Assembly: GCF_006345805.1 (NCBI RefSeq)
Contig: NC_042997.1
Location: 1,240,001 to 1,304,000 of the forward strand
Reading direction: 5' to 3'
From: Octopus sinensis
Lineage: Eukaryota
Length of the DNA: 64,000 nt
Shown here: piece by piece, positions 25,406 through 38,483 of the stretch
How the letters are laid out: every line of letters starts with the position of its first letter
Numbering within the stretch: position 1 is the first letter of the stretch
Made by a program: the position numbers and the translations under genes
Notes under the pieces: generated by a model
Told to the model about the DNA's origin: nothing
The model's database searches: none
What the model saw: the letters and a program-made list of their open reading frames with translations, nothing else

Positions 25406-25690
25406 AAGAAGAAGAGGAAGAAGAAGAAGTAGAAGAAGAAGAAGAAGAAGAAGAAGAAGAAGAAGAAGAAGAAGAAGACGCAGAAGAAGAAGAAGAAGAC
25501 GAAGAAGAAGAAGAAGAAGAAAAAAAGAAGAAGAAGAAAAGAAGAAGAAGAAGAAGAAGAAGAAGAAGAAGAAAAAAGAAGAAGAAGAAGAAGAAGAAGA
25601 AGAAGAAGAAGAAGAAGAAGAAGAAGAAGAAGAAGAAGAAAGAAGAAGAAGAAGAAGAAGAAGAAGAAGAAGAAGAAGAAGAAGAAGAAG
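25406..25690. repeat. (GAA)n purine tract, about 285 bp, with interruptions
   Basis: Directly visible. It explains the poly-R/K/E and poly-S/F/L ORFs. Confidence 0.97.
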
Positions 25691-25749
25691 GCGACAAAGA
25701 AGAACTTTCTACGTGAAGCCGAGTAAACACCAAGTAGAAAGTGAATGAT

Positions 25750-26215
25750 TCCTTAAATCACAAAAAAGAAAAGAGAATATATTAAAGGAAAAACAAAAAA
25801 CAAGAACAAATATTATAACAGTACTGCAAAGAGTAACAAAGAGTAGCAAAGAGTACCAGCAGAGGAGCACGATAAAATGATATGCGAATAGAATAAGTCT
25901 CTTTCAGCAAAACAAGTTTTTTTTCAAAATAACCGCAACTGATTCTTTGAAAAGTTAGAAGGAGTAAAATGACATAACGATAAAAGAACAGATAAAGTGA
26001 AGTGCAGAATATTTTAGATTGAAATATAGAGCAAGAAAGATGTCCACAATTATGAGGAGAACTGGGTAGAATATTTAGATAACAAACTAAGGTAGAGAAA
26101 ACAACAGATCAACATGGTAATCACTCCAGAGTCTATGGTAAATTGATATCTCAAACTATCTCATTGGAAAGTGTCGGGGTTAGAAATATTTTAAGCTGAC
26201 CGGGTGAACTACATC
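25750..26215 (+). mobile_element. R4/Dong-type retrotransposon central fragment, upstream of the RT, decayed
   Basis: YANRISLFQQNK.FQNNRN*FFEKLEG, IF*IEI*SKKDVHNYEENW and LSHWKVSG resemble the FQQN...F..LEG, FW..IW...HN..W and NWK.PG motifs. Confidence 0.55.
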
Positions 26216-26250
26216 AATGCAGCCAGGCATATTCTGTATAAATTACAATA

Positions 26251-26413
26251 CGCAGGAGTGGTTGTGTGGTAAGTAGCTTGCTAACCAACCACATGGTTCC
26301 GGGTTCGGTCCCACTGCGTGGCATCTTAGGCAAGTGTCTTCTGCTGTAGCCCCGGGCCGACCAATGGCTTGTGAGTGGATTTGGTAGACAGAAACTGAAA
26401 GAAGCCTGTCGTA

Positions 26414-26503
<90 letters not shown>

Positions 26504-26730
26504 ATGTGTGTGTTTGTGTGTCTGTGTTTGTCCCTCTAGCATTGCTTGACAACCGATGCTGGTGTGTTTACGTCCCCGTCACTTAGCGATTCGGCAAAAG
26601 AGACCGATAGAATAAGTACTGGGCTTACAAAGAATAACTCCCGGGGTCGATTTGCTCGACTAAAGTCGGTGCTCCAGCATGGCCGCAGTCAAATGACTGA
26701 AACAAGTAAAAGAGTAAAGAGTAAAGAGTA
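26251..26730 (+). mobile_element. tRNA-derived SINE family A, full length, with a long internal (TA)n(TG)n
   Basis: Near-identical to the copies at 23723 and 33611. Tail (GAGTAAA)n. Confidence 0.93.
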
Positions 26731-27099
26731 GAAGAGCTTGAAACTGTTGATAATCTAAACGACCTTACAGCAACAGAGAGATTTCGTTTCAGAAGTTAAC
26801 CTAAATGTAGAAGACCGTGTGGAAATGCAAATAGAACGGTCAAGGATATCAGTTGTTGACAGTGTCTGAGAGTGTTGGTAACAGTAAGATGATATATTTG
26901 CTGAAGGAAGACAAAAGTTAAGCCCGGGAAAAAGGGAAAGCAACGATATGAACAGAAAAGATTACAGGAAAAGATTTTGAAATCCTGAAAGGTTTGAATG
27001 TCAGAAATCATTTCAACGATAAAAGACATGTAACTAAAAATAATGAAATATATAATTCCAGCTGTACAGGACCAAAATATTTACAAGAGAAACATATAG

Positions 27100-27680
27100 A
27101 TAATAAAGGTAATTCGGGTGTATGTTGTGTGTGGCACGCCAGACTCTGAATATAAAATGATTGTTCAAAACTATATACAAAAATAAAAGCGAGAACATTT
27201 TGCAGTAATGACCAATCTGTGAAAATTATATACTAAAATGTGACTATAAAACAGATTACATTGAGGAAAATGGGTGAACAAATTTTATTTCAGATATAAA
27301 ATTTCCAACAAATAAACGAAAGAACTTTTACCGTGTGGTATCAATAAAGATAAAAGTGTTTGTTACTTTATGTAGCTTTTTCCAATTTGTTACAAGAATG
27401 GGTAGAGAAGGAACATTACAAGACAAAAATGTCATAACATTTTCGACTGATATACAGTTGCCTTAAAGTGATCCCTATTCCATTTCTGATAGGAGTCTTA
27501 AGAAAAGTTGGAATAAGCTTGTATGATGAGTTGAAGATGAATTTCCTGATTTTAGAGGAAGTCAGTATGCTTCTTACTGCAAGGATCGTTAGAGAAGACT
27601 TCGACATCTATGGCTGAGGGAAGAATGCTGGGATCTAGCAATCTAATCCTGGCATTATAATAAGTAGACAAGTGGTTGAA
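27100..27680 (+). mobile_element. R4/Dong-type retrotransposon 3' end, decayed
   Basis: DKSVLLLYVAF...EKEHYK and KVIPIPFLIGVLRKV...LLTARIVREDFD resemble the C-terminal PIVIGALG...LLGTARILR motif. Confidence 0.5.
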
Positions 27681-28472
27681 AAAGAAAAGACTCGGGACTA
27701 GCAATTTAGAGTAATGTAGTTTGCCGATTGCATAAACACCAGCACTTGTCTGGTGCTTAATATTATTATCGACAGAAAATGTGTAAAAGCAATAAATGTG
27801 TTGGCATTTGAAGACATAACATAAAGAAACAGAACATTGGCATTTTGTCCGATGCACAAATGATTAACCGAAACTATCGTTTAAAGACCAAGAAACAATA
27901 AATTTAATTCCCACACACGGAAAAATAAAAACACTTACAAATGCTACACAAATCTCCTGATTGTAATTGCTAACGTACGCATACCCAAAGATTCTGTCAT
28001 TTAGATACAAATTGTCATCAAAATTATTTCAAAACATGTCCAATTCACTATCAGGTTGGCTTCTATCATCCTACTACAATTTGCAATAAAATGCAACGTT
28101 TATTTTACTGAGGCTGTGCGTTTAACGTGCACTGATTTTAAAATTTGAAGTGTTAATTTACTTTATTTTTTACAGGGTGCAATATATGAATATATATATA
28201 TATACATATATACATATATGCCAACATACAGCTGTCTAGTAACATGTTTGCTTTCCAAATATATGGTTCCGAGGTCCGTCCAACCACGCGGTACCTTGTG
28301 TTTACGCTAATGTACCTAGCGGTTCGAGTAAAGAACCGGCGGAATAAGTACCATGTTTAAAACAGATGTACTGGGATTGATTCATTCGATGGAAAATTCT
28401 TCAAGACAGCGTGCCCAATAAAATTTATAAACAAATAAATGATAATAAATATGCGGATGTTCGTGTCTATAG

Positions 28473-28527
<55 letters not shown>

Positions 28528-28708
28528 ATATATATACAAATATGAGAGAGAATCCACTATGTGGGTGCTCTTACGCTAGAGATAGATCCGTAAGGGTCTC
28601 AACCACTAAGAATTGTTCTCAAGTAAAATTTAGCACACTAAGAACGTAAGCGAGCAGGACAAATGAAAAATAATAAAAATATAGTTTAACCCCATACAAT
28701 TGTTTCAC

Positions 28709-28709
<1 letters not shown>

Positions 28710-28746
<37 letters not shown>

Positions 28747-28796
28747 TATATATATATTATATATATATATATATGTATATATATATGTGTGTGTGG

Positions 28797-28827
<31 letters not shown>

Positions 28828-29634
28828 GTATTATGTGTGTTTGTATATATATATACACACAAGTCTCGTTTCTTTTGTCCTCCTATCAAATCCACTCAAA
28901 ATGCTTTGGCCGACCGAAGATAATTGCCCAAGGTAACTACACTTGTTTCGGAAGTAAGCTTGTTGCGATGGAAAGGATACATGGAGAGATTGATAGTGAC
29001 ATGTATTTTTATAGAGAAAAAGAAACAAGTGGCTGCAGTTAAGTAAATAGATAAAAGGATGTTTGGAATCAAAAGTTGTTAGTTTGAAGGATGCAATGTG
29101 AGATTGATTTAAAACAAGCTACATGATGCGAGGAGAAGTATGCTGTGAAATGTTGATTTATAGTCGACATTGTGTTAGTAAAAACAGAAGCAATAAATCC
29201 TCTTTCAAAAACTATGTAATTGTTTAATAGAGTTCTTGTTCTGTATGTGTATGCGTGCTTGTGTGCATCTGTTTGTTTCTTGTCAGCTTGTGTCTATAAT
29301 ATTGTCATTCCATTTGTCTTTTATTTTTTTATCAGTGTGTATTATGATATTTCTCTTTTCACAATGACAATAACTTCTCACTTCATAAAGATGTCAGGCT
29401 ATAAAATAATAGCACTCATAATTGGAATTTAAATTGCTCGTAACTAAAAGCGAAACTGTCCCTCTTCAATTTTTCTACTTTGTTTGATATACAGAAAAGA
29501 AAAACAAAACAAAAAAACGACATATGCATATACTCACTGACACACATATATACCTATACACCTATACGCCTTTACAGACAAATATGTATGTGTAAAACAC
29601 ATAAACAGGCTCACACACGCGGACACATACACAC

Positions 29635-29668
<34 letters not shown>

Positions 29669-30607
29669 AAACGCACACATATATACATATGTTTATATGT
29701 GTATACAAACATTTCCTGAAAATGTGTTATATATGCATCATGTATGTGTGTGTACATCATTATTTATGTGTACATTAATACATACACTCATATATATATA
29801 TACATATATGAATACAAACAAACACACATATGTGTGTGTCGTGTGTGTGCGCATGATGCGTGCATGTATGTGTGCGTGTGTGTGGGAGTGTGTGTGTATG
29901 CGTGTGTATCGCTGTAGTTCTTTCCGCTTGCGTATGTATCACTTATGAATATTTGAAATTAAAATTCATTCATTGTAAGTAATATAAGTATCTGCATATT
30001 ACGATCGACCGTTGCGTATGATTTACTCATACAAAATATGCACAAACAGAAGGATATCTGTCATCATATAGGCCAAGGTGACACACAGAAAGCGTGTGCT
30101 CCTCTCAGCTATTTTTGTTAAATTTTAATTTCATTCATTTCTTCTAAAATATTAACTCAAGCAGTAGATTTTATTGAGAATTGAATTCCAGATTAAGTCC
30201 CAATTCCGTTTGAAATAATTTCAATAACTACGTGAGTATATGCTGATGGCGTTTACCATGAAAGCTGCAAATTCCTGATGTTATATGATTATGCATTGTT
30301 TGTGTGACAATGAGAGACGGTGTTTTTGGTGTATATGTTGATGTAATATACGATGCAGTGTGTGCATAACTTAAACTTTGATGAGAGAATTCGTGTGGAG
30401 CAACCAAATTCTGTCAAACAGGAGAGAAACCTGACAAATCGAATTACAAGAGTTTGAAATTGTTAGTGGTATGACAGAAAATTTCCCCAAAGATTATTTC
30501 AGACTGTGTCAATACGTAGATTGAAATAGCACCTTTTCCCATCGCAGGTATTGGTGGAAAGAAGACTAACATGTCCGGTGAAAGTGACACCGTATATATA
30601 TATATAT

Positions 30608-30678
<71 letters not shown>

Positions 30679-32445
30679 GTATTATGTGTGTTTGTATATA
30701 TATATACACACAAGTCTCGTTTCTTTTGTCCTCCTATCAAATCCACTCAAAATGCTTTGGCCGACCGAAGATAATTGCCCAAGGTAACTACACTTGTTTC
30801 GGAAGTAAGCTTGTTGCGATGGAAAGGATACATGGAGAGATTGATAGTGACATGTATTTTTATAGAGAAAAAGAAACAAGTGGCTGCAGTTAAGTAAATA
30901 GATAAAAGGATGTTTGGAATCAAAAGTTGTTAGTTTGAAGGATGCAATGTGAGATTGATTTAAAACAAGCTACATGATGCGAGGAGAAGTATGCTGTGAA
31001 ATGTTGATTTATAGTCGACATTGTGTTAGTAAAAACAGAAGCAATAAATCCTCTTTCAAAAACTATGTAATTGTTTAATAGAGTTCTTGTTCTATATGTG
31101 TATGCGTGCTTGTGTGCATCTGTTTGTTTCTTGTCAGCTTGTGTCTATAATATTGTCATTCCATTTGTCTTTTATTTTTTTATCAGTGTGTATTATGATA
31201 TTCTCTTTTCACAATGACAATAACTTCTCACTTCATAAAGATGTCAGGCTATAAAATAATAGCACTCATAATTGGAATTTAAATTGCTCGTAACTAAAAG
31301 CGAAACTGTCCCTCTTCAATTTTTCTACTTTGTTTGATATACAGAAAAGAAAAACAAAACAAAAAAACGACATATGCATATACTCACAGACACACATATA
31401 TACCTATACACCTATACGCCTTTACAGACAAATATGTATGTGTAAAACACATAAACAGGCTCACACACGCGGACACATACACACGGACACACACACCCAC
31501 ACACACACACACACACACAGAGAAACGCACACATATATACATATGTTTATATGTGTATACAAACATTTCCTGAAAATGTGTTATATATGCATCATGTATG
31601 TGTGTGTACATCATTATTTATGTGTACATTAATACATACACTCATATATATATACATATATGAATACAAACAAACACACATATGTGTGTATCGTGTGTGT
31701 GCGCATGATGCGTGCATGTATGTGTGCGTGTGTGTGGGAGTGTGTGTGTATGCGTGTGTATCGCTGTAGTTCTTTCCGCTTGCGTATGTATCACTTATGA
31801 ATATTTGAAATTAAAATTCATTCATTGTAAGTAATATAAGTATCTGCATATTACGATCGACCGTTGCGTATGATTTACTCATACAAAATATGCACAAACA
31901 GAAGGATATCTGTCATCATATAGGCCAAGGTGACACACAGAAAGCGTGTGCTCCTCTCAGCTATTTTTGTTAAATTTTAATTTCATTCATTTCTTCTAAA
32001 ATATTAACTCAAGCAGTAGATTTTATTGAGAATTGAATTCCAGATTAAGTCCCAATTCTGTTTGAAATAATTTCAATAACTACGTGAGTATATGCTGATG
32101 GCGTTTACCATGAAAGCTGCAAATTCCTGATGTTATATGATTATGCATTGTTTGTGTGACAATGAGAGACGGTGTTTTTGGTGTATATGTTGATGTAATA
32201 TACGATGCAGTGTGTGCATAACTTAAACTTTGATGAGAGAATTCGTGTGGAGCAACCAAATTCTGTCAAACAGGAGAGAAACCTGACAAATCGAATTACA
32301 AGAGTTTGAAATTGTTAGTGGTATGACAGAAAATTTCCCCAAAGATTATTTCAGACTGTGTCAATACGTAGATTGAAATAGCACCTTTTCCCATCGCAGG
32401 TATTGGTGGAAAGAAGACTAACATGTCCGGTGAAAGTGACACCGT
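28710..32445. repeat. Head-to-tail tandem duplication of about 1.85 kb (units ~28710-30593 and ~30594-32445)
   Basis: Offset is 1851-1852 throughout (AAGGTAACTAC at 28930 and 30781; GTGACACCGTATA at the end of both units). A few substitutions and microsatellite length differences. Both junctions lie in (TA)n. Confidence 0.95.
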
Positions 32446-32517
32446 ATATATATATATATATATATATATATACTACATATTGGCATAGAAATATTTTTCT
32501 TTAGCCCTTATTTATAA

Positions 32518-32568
<51 letters not shown>

Positions 32569-32596
32569 TAGATATATATATATATAATTAAAAATT

Positions 32597-33132
32597 CCAA
32601 CATGCCGAAATAGCAGTCGAAACTGACTATAAAACCACGTTAAATGTTCATATCGCACCATGAGGTAAAGCGGAGGGACAAAACATACAAAACATACCTT
32701 TGTAAGGTATTTCTTTCATGCTGGCCACTTGATAATTTCGACACTTAAATATCGACATTATCCTCATATATAAATTTATATAATTCGTTATTATATTCAC
32801 TGCGGTGCTTATTTTAACCATATCGTACTTATGCGGTGATTTGGCGGGCGATTCAGACTGGCTGTGTCCATACGTGCATATGTATGTATGTACGACGCTC
32901 GTGTACGTAAGTATATCGTTTGCTGTGCATATATATGTCTGTATTTATGTACCCTTGATATATTCAATTGATGACGGTAAAGCTTATCTAAAGCAGAACC
33001 AGAAATCCTTGGATCTTGAATTATTCAATAATTTTTGCTTGTATGTTTTGTCCCTCCGCTTTACCTCATGGTGCGATATGAACATTTAACGTGGTTTTAT
33101 AGTCAGTTTCGACTGCTATTTCGGCATGTTGG
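32597..33132. repeat. 94-bp inverted repeat (32597-32690 and 33039-33132) around a ~350-bp spacer
   Basis: CCAACATGCCGAAATAGCAGTCG...GGACAAAACATACAA and its reverse complement match essentially base for base by eye. Confidence 0.92.
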
Positions 33133-33214
33133 TGTCTTTTAGACACCCTCATTTTTAATTGTTAAAATTTTGTTTACCTTTGTAAGGTATTTCGACATTA
33201 TCCTCATATATGAA

Positions 33215-33259
<45 letters not shown>

Positions 33260-33504
33260 TCCCATTATGGCCACCGCAGTCAATAAACGATATAAGTTTT
33301 GGATGGGAATAAACCACCACTCTCCACTTGGATTTCAAACACACACACACGCACTCACACACACATACAGAAACAGTGAGGGATTAAAGAAGTAGTTGTT
33401 TTAAATTTTATTTTAGTTGTCCTATTTAATTACTTTGGGGTTTTATATTTTATTTTAACTTGAATTTTCTACATTCAGCCAGCATTGGGACTATTACACT
33501 TTTA

Positions 33505-33600
33505 GTCATATGTATGAAAAACAAACAGGTGTATCAGTTTGACGCTCTGGAAAAGTGAAAATCTTTCGTTTCGAGCCTACGCTCTTCAACATAGAGGAAT
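33505..33600 (-). mobile_element. Second, decayed copy of the hammerhead-bearing repeat at 53.2 kb
   Basis: AACAAACAG.TGTAT.AGT.T.ACGCTC.GG...CGTTTCGAGCCTACGCTCTTC is shared with 53230-53300. Confidence 0.7.
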
Positions 33601-33610
33601 AAAATAAATA

Positions 33611-34020
33611 GGCGTAGGAGTGGCTGTGTGGTATGTAGAAAAGCTAACCAACCACATGGTTCCGGGTTCAGTCCCACTGCGTGGCATCTTGGGCAAGTGT
33701 CTTCTGCTATAGCCCCGGGCCGACTAATGCCTTGTGAGTAGATTCGGTAGACGGAAACTGAAAGAAGCCCCTCTTATATATGTATATATATATGTATGTG
33801 TGTGTCTATTTGTGTGTCTGTGTTTGTCCCCCTAGCATTGCTTGACAACCGATGCTGGTGCGTTTACGTCCCCGTCACTTATCGGTTCGGCAAAAGAGAC
33901 CGATAGAATAAGTACTGGGCTTACAAAGAATAAGTCCCTGGGTCGATTTGCTCGACTAAAGGCGGTGCTCCAGCATGGCCGCAGTCAAATGACTGAAACA
34001 AGTAAAAGAGTAAAAGAGTA
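33611..34020 (+). mobile_element. tRNA-derived SINE family A, full length
   Basis: Same head, body and tail as the 23723 copy. Confidence 0.93.
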
Positions 34021-37000
34021 ATAGAGAGAGATTGAGAAAACTTGCAAATTTCAGCGGTCATACATTCATACATACATACATACATACATACATACATACA
34101 TACATACATGTGTGTATATGCGAGTGAGTGTGTGTGTGTGTTTGTGTGAGTGTGTGTGATAACTTCATGTAGGTCACAGTTAGTATATTACAGTCAATAG
34201 ATACAGCATTGAATGAAATTTAAGACATAAGTAATATATTAGTCGAAGTAGCTGAAATAAATGCACTAGGTGTGGAATCCGATATACCCGTTGTGTAATA
34301 ATTTATATGCAGTAGCTTAAATATTCTCAAGAATTTTACACACAACATAATGTGTTGATCTGCACATTTCGTTTTTGCTTTAGTTTATATCAACGCCTAA
34401 GTATTTTCGATTACCAAAAATATTGAAAGTTCCACTGTTGCACTGAATATATTACGATGCACAAAAATATTGACATATGAATATGAGCGAAATCAAAAAT
34501 GAATGCATTATGTTAATGCATTCCCACAGCGGAGTCTGCTGACATCGTGATGCAGTTAAGTTCACTTGAGAATCACATGGCCTCAGGTTCTACAATGTTG
34601 CTGAACACCTTGTTTAAACCGAAAGTATTTACTTCAACATTTTAAGGGGAAATAATTTTCAAGCATCACGTGACTGACCATCTTCACCGAGATTTTGACG
34701 TAATTTAGCGTAGTCCAATCTGTGACAATTCTTGGAACAAAGGTATTCACATGAGTGTTTGTCCCTTCCTGATTGAAGAACACAAGAGTTATACATCTTT
34801 CTCTCCAACTAGATCAGTTTTGGACAGTCGTGAAACGACTCCTTCTCTTTCCAAACCCAACTATACAAGATCAATTCGAAAGGTACATGTACTTATTGCT
34901 TTTAGCGCAATCAGCTTCACATATCAACTTATTGTAATAATTTACTCGAAATGCCATCATGTATTTTCGTCGTGTATGTTACGCTAATTGTGCCGTAGAA
35001 ATATTCATTTAATATGTATTTACTACAGCATAAATTTGGAAAGCAAACCTCCAATTTTCTAGTTTGAATTTTAGTAGAAATCGAAATGCTGACCAGTTGA
35101 TGAATGATATAATATTTGTCACTTTAAGTTGATCTCATTAATGAGAACCATTCGTTGTGAGAGCTGTGTCGTTTGCCTTATATTTGCAGATTAGAATTTG
35201 TTGCTAATGATCCAAAATGGGAAAGGTTTATGGAATACCAATTCCTAGCTAATGATCACGTGGGAATGTTTTATGGAATATCAATGACTCTTATTCACTA
35301 AAGGTCATTGCAGATTCTGATTGTCTAATTACTAATTGCTAAATCTGGAGAATTTTCCTGTAGCGCAATTAATTATTTTCGTTTTAATGTTTTCTTTTTA
35401 AAAACACAGGCAGGATCTTTTTATTCTGTTGATGATTTTTTTCTTTTTCTTATTTATATTGCTATTACCACTGGTATTCATTATAATAAAGTTGCCGTAC
35501 AACAGCACACTCGAAAACATGTAAGGTAATCGATTAAATCATTTTGAAACGACGAGTAGTATTTATTAAATCGAATGAGGAGTGATGAAAACTAATTTAA
35601 GATTAGTGGATTTATTACATACAATTTATATGAACGAAACTAAATATACTAGATACCTTTTCCACAGTCTGCTGATCATTACTCTATGACCACCTTAATG
35701 ATATTAAGAAAGGTATCTTTGACTGCACAAGGGGGATTAAAATTTTCCAGAAGTAGATATAAAAATAGGTAAGGTATAGCAGTATTCATAAGCTTTCTTA
35801 AGTGTTTCAAAGATATACAGTTAGTAAAATATAGTTAACATTGTAGATATCGCATCTTATCATATAATTATATGGAATATCACACAAACATAAGAATGAC
35901 TTGCAAATTCTAATTTTGAGGAAGAAGTAATCTTGATTTGCAGGCGGGCTTTACTACCTGAATGATATTTAGCTTATACTTTGATAACTACCAACGAAAT
36001 TTAAAATCAGGATGTAATGTTTCTAATGTAAATACCAGCACATGTTACCAAAGAAAATACTACTTCTCACTTCACAAATATTAGAGTAATGTGAATATAA
36101 AATAAAAGAATAAGCTGTAAAACACCACACGCAGTCACGATGGTAATAATTTTTCCACGGAAAATTGGGCATATTATTTCGGTTTAATGAATAAAATAAT
36201 GAATTTATTTGTTGGGGCTCAATTCTAACGTAAGTAATGCAACTGAAATTAGAAAACATTATCAGTAACGCATCAAAATTATCATATAACTAAAAATGCA
36301 TCTATGACGACGAAGTTTGTGTCGAGATACGCAACGAAAAAGGTGACACGAAGTAATATAATAATGGGAGTGCCCGGGAGCAACTGTAAAAATGAGAAGG
36401 TGACTGAGAAATTTAGGTATAATACCTTTAATTTTAAAGGAAACTGTATTAGACTGGCACTACATTCCCATATTAGTCCCCGGTGTTTGAAATTAAAGAG
36501 CCGACGCTTTAATAATGGATACAAAAATAATGGGAAATATTTGCAACGATTAAATTCCATATCATAGACAACAAACTCACTTAAGGATTAACACCGGAAA
36601 TTTAAAATATCTTTTTAATGTGGCTTTTCCGATTGAGTATTTTAATGCAAAAGTGTGTCGTACTCTGAATGTCGTGAAAATTGTATTGTGAGTAGCTGTT
36701 GTGTTTAAACAACAAACTGTTAAGTTTAAACAGCAAACGGCCAAAATAGTTGCTTATGAAGCTTTGAAAAACTGAAACATTAACCAGTTGGCACAAAGTT
36801 TCTGCGTCCTAAGCAATCAAGAATCTATCCCAATGTATTTAGATAACATGTAAATTTGCATTGCAAGACACATTTATAAAATAAGGGAAGGCTTCATGGA
36901 TTTCGCTATGAAAACGTGAAATTAAATTCATCATAAGTTTGATGTCAAATAACTTCCGTTATGCTACAGATGTGTATTTGAAAGATACAAGTTTGTAAAA

Positions 37001-37759
37001 ACCGTTATCTGACATTAGTTACTACGATGGAATATATTGCCTCACATTTTCTTCCATAGATATATTCAAGTATTTGGAAATTTGCCACAGAATAATACGC
37101 ATCAATAACTTATATAGCCGAAACTGACTTTGGTTGCACCCTTTCGGGTTAGAAGAGAAAATTACCAGTCTTTTACTAGGGCCGATGTAATCGATGAGCC
37201 ACTCCTGCGAAATTCCAGGATTTGTGCCTAACGTAGAAAGGAATGTTTCACTGTGTATCATTTCATTTTACAAAGTCAAGGAACCTCATATATAGAAATA
37301 GCAATTTAATGCCATGTAGGATTTGTGACGTGATTAATGCTTTTGTTAGTATTATAAAAATTAATTTATAGATCCTGTACACGCGTCTCCGAACGTACAC
37401 AACATACGGATGAATATATGATATAAGATTTGAAAGTATTACATGCCACAAGGTTTTCGTTTAAATAGTTATTAAAGTTAACATTTTGAAGAGTAAATCG
37501 ATATAATGGACCCAAATATTTAAATGTCATATTTATGGGAAAGATAGAAGGGACTATATCACGACTAGCCGATTTTGTACTCAGATGAAAAGGAATAGTT
37601 CTCCAGATTAATGATACTTTCTTACGGCTCTCTATCTATTCGGTCATCGACCTTCCAATTGTAGATTTCTCATGATAGAAATTTATTTAATGTATAGTGT
37701 AGAGATCTCATTCGATTAAAGTAACGTTTGTACTTCATTGTTGCGCATCTCAATGATGC

Positions 37760-38150
37760 CGTGGTGATGAAAGTCAATATCAAGAAAGATATATAACTAA
37801 AATCACCGACGGTATTATGTACAGTATGTACTAATTCTAGATGAGTGCATTGCTCAACTAAGAAGGAAGAGCTTCACGCTGAATAAGAAGGAAGAGCTCC
37901 TCGCTGAATAACATGGATGTGCTACAACGGGTTCTCCATTCAAAAACAAATCTAATCTAATAACACAGGTCGAATGGGATAAAGGAACACGTGGAAGATT
38001 TGAAGGAGGTGGTCTGTTAAAGAAAATGTTCACAAAAACGAAATTTTACTGCCATACAAAGAATAGTTTCTCGTATGCACGATGTGCCAACGGAACATGT
38101 GCGAAATGCACGCGCGAAATAAACACCGGAGAGTTTACAAATTATAAAAT
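37760..38150 (+). mobile_element. Possible decayed piggyBac-like transposase C-terminus
   Basis: HRRYYVQYVLILD...RRKSFTLNKKEEL and KTKFYCHTKNSFSYARCANGTCAKC loosely resemble RRWP..FYNILD, SRR.F...L.EEL and the terminal cysteine-rich domain. No TTAA or terminal inverted repeats found. Confidence 0.3.
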
Positions 38151-38483
38151 AGAAATGGAACAAAACAGTAAGTATATAAATTGAGTAATTACGCACACAC
38201 TCGAATGTCTACACAAGTATATATGCAATTTAATACCCATATGACTACACATACATACAAATGTTAACACAACTACACGGAATTTTAAGGACACACATAC
38301 ACGCATATGAAAATATGTGTCACAAACGATGTAAAAAAATAAACAAAACAAAACATTTTCTTTTATTTTCGAACTAACAAAGAGAGAGTGAATAATTTAT
38401 AAGTTTAAAAATACCACAAAAACACTATGTCCGGAGATAAATCTATAAAAGAAATACAAATCTGTTAGCCTTAAGAAGTTACG

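Noticed and set aside
25368-25748. Long low-complexity ORFs (poly-R/K/E, poly-S/F/L; also YI, HT, CV and MYVC repeats elsewhere)
   Set aside because: These are translations of (GAA)n, (TA)n, (CA)n, (TATG)n and (AGT)n microsatellites. No domain content or splice support.
26735-27050. Possible CR1/L2 RT C-terminal remnant (NANRTV..., FEILKGL)
   Set aside because: Matches are scattered over several frames and too weak to list as a feature.
37858-37910. Two tandem 24-bp units AAGAAGGAAGAGCT(T/C)C(A/T)CGCTGAAT
   Set aside because: Only two units and no spacers, so not CRISPR-like. It is a simple local duplication inside a decayed element.
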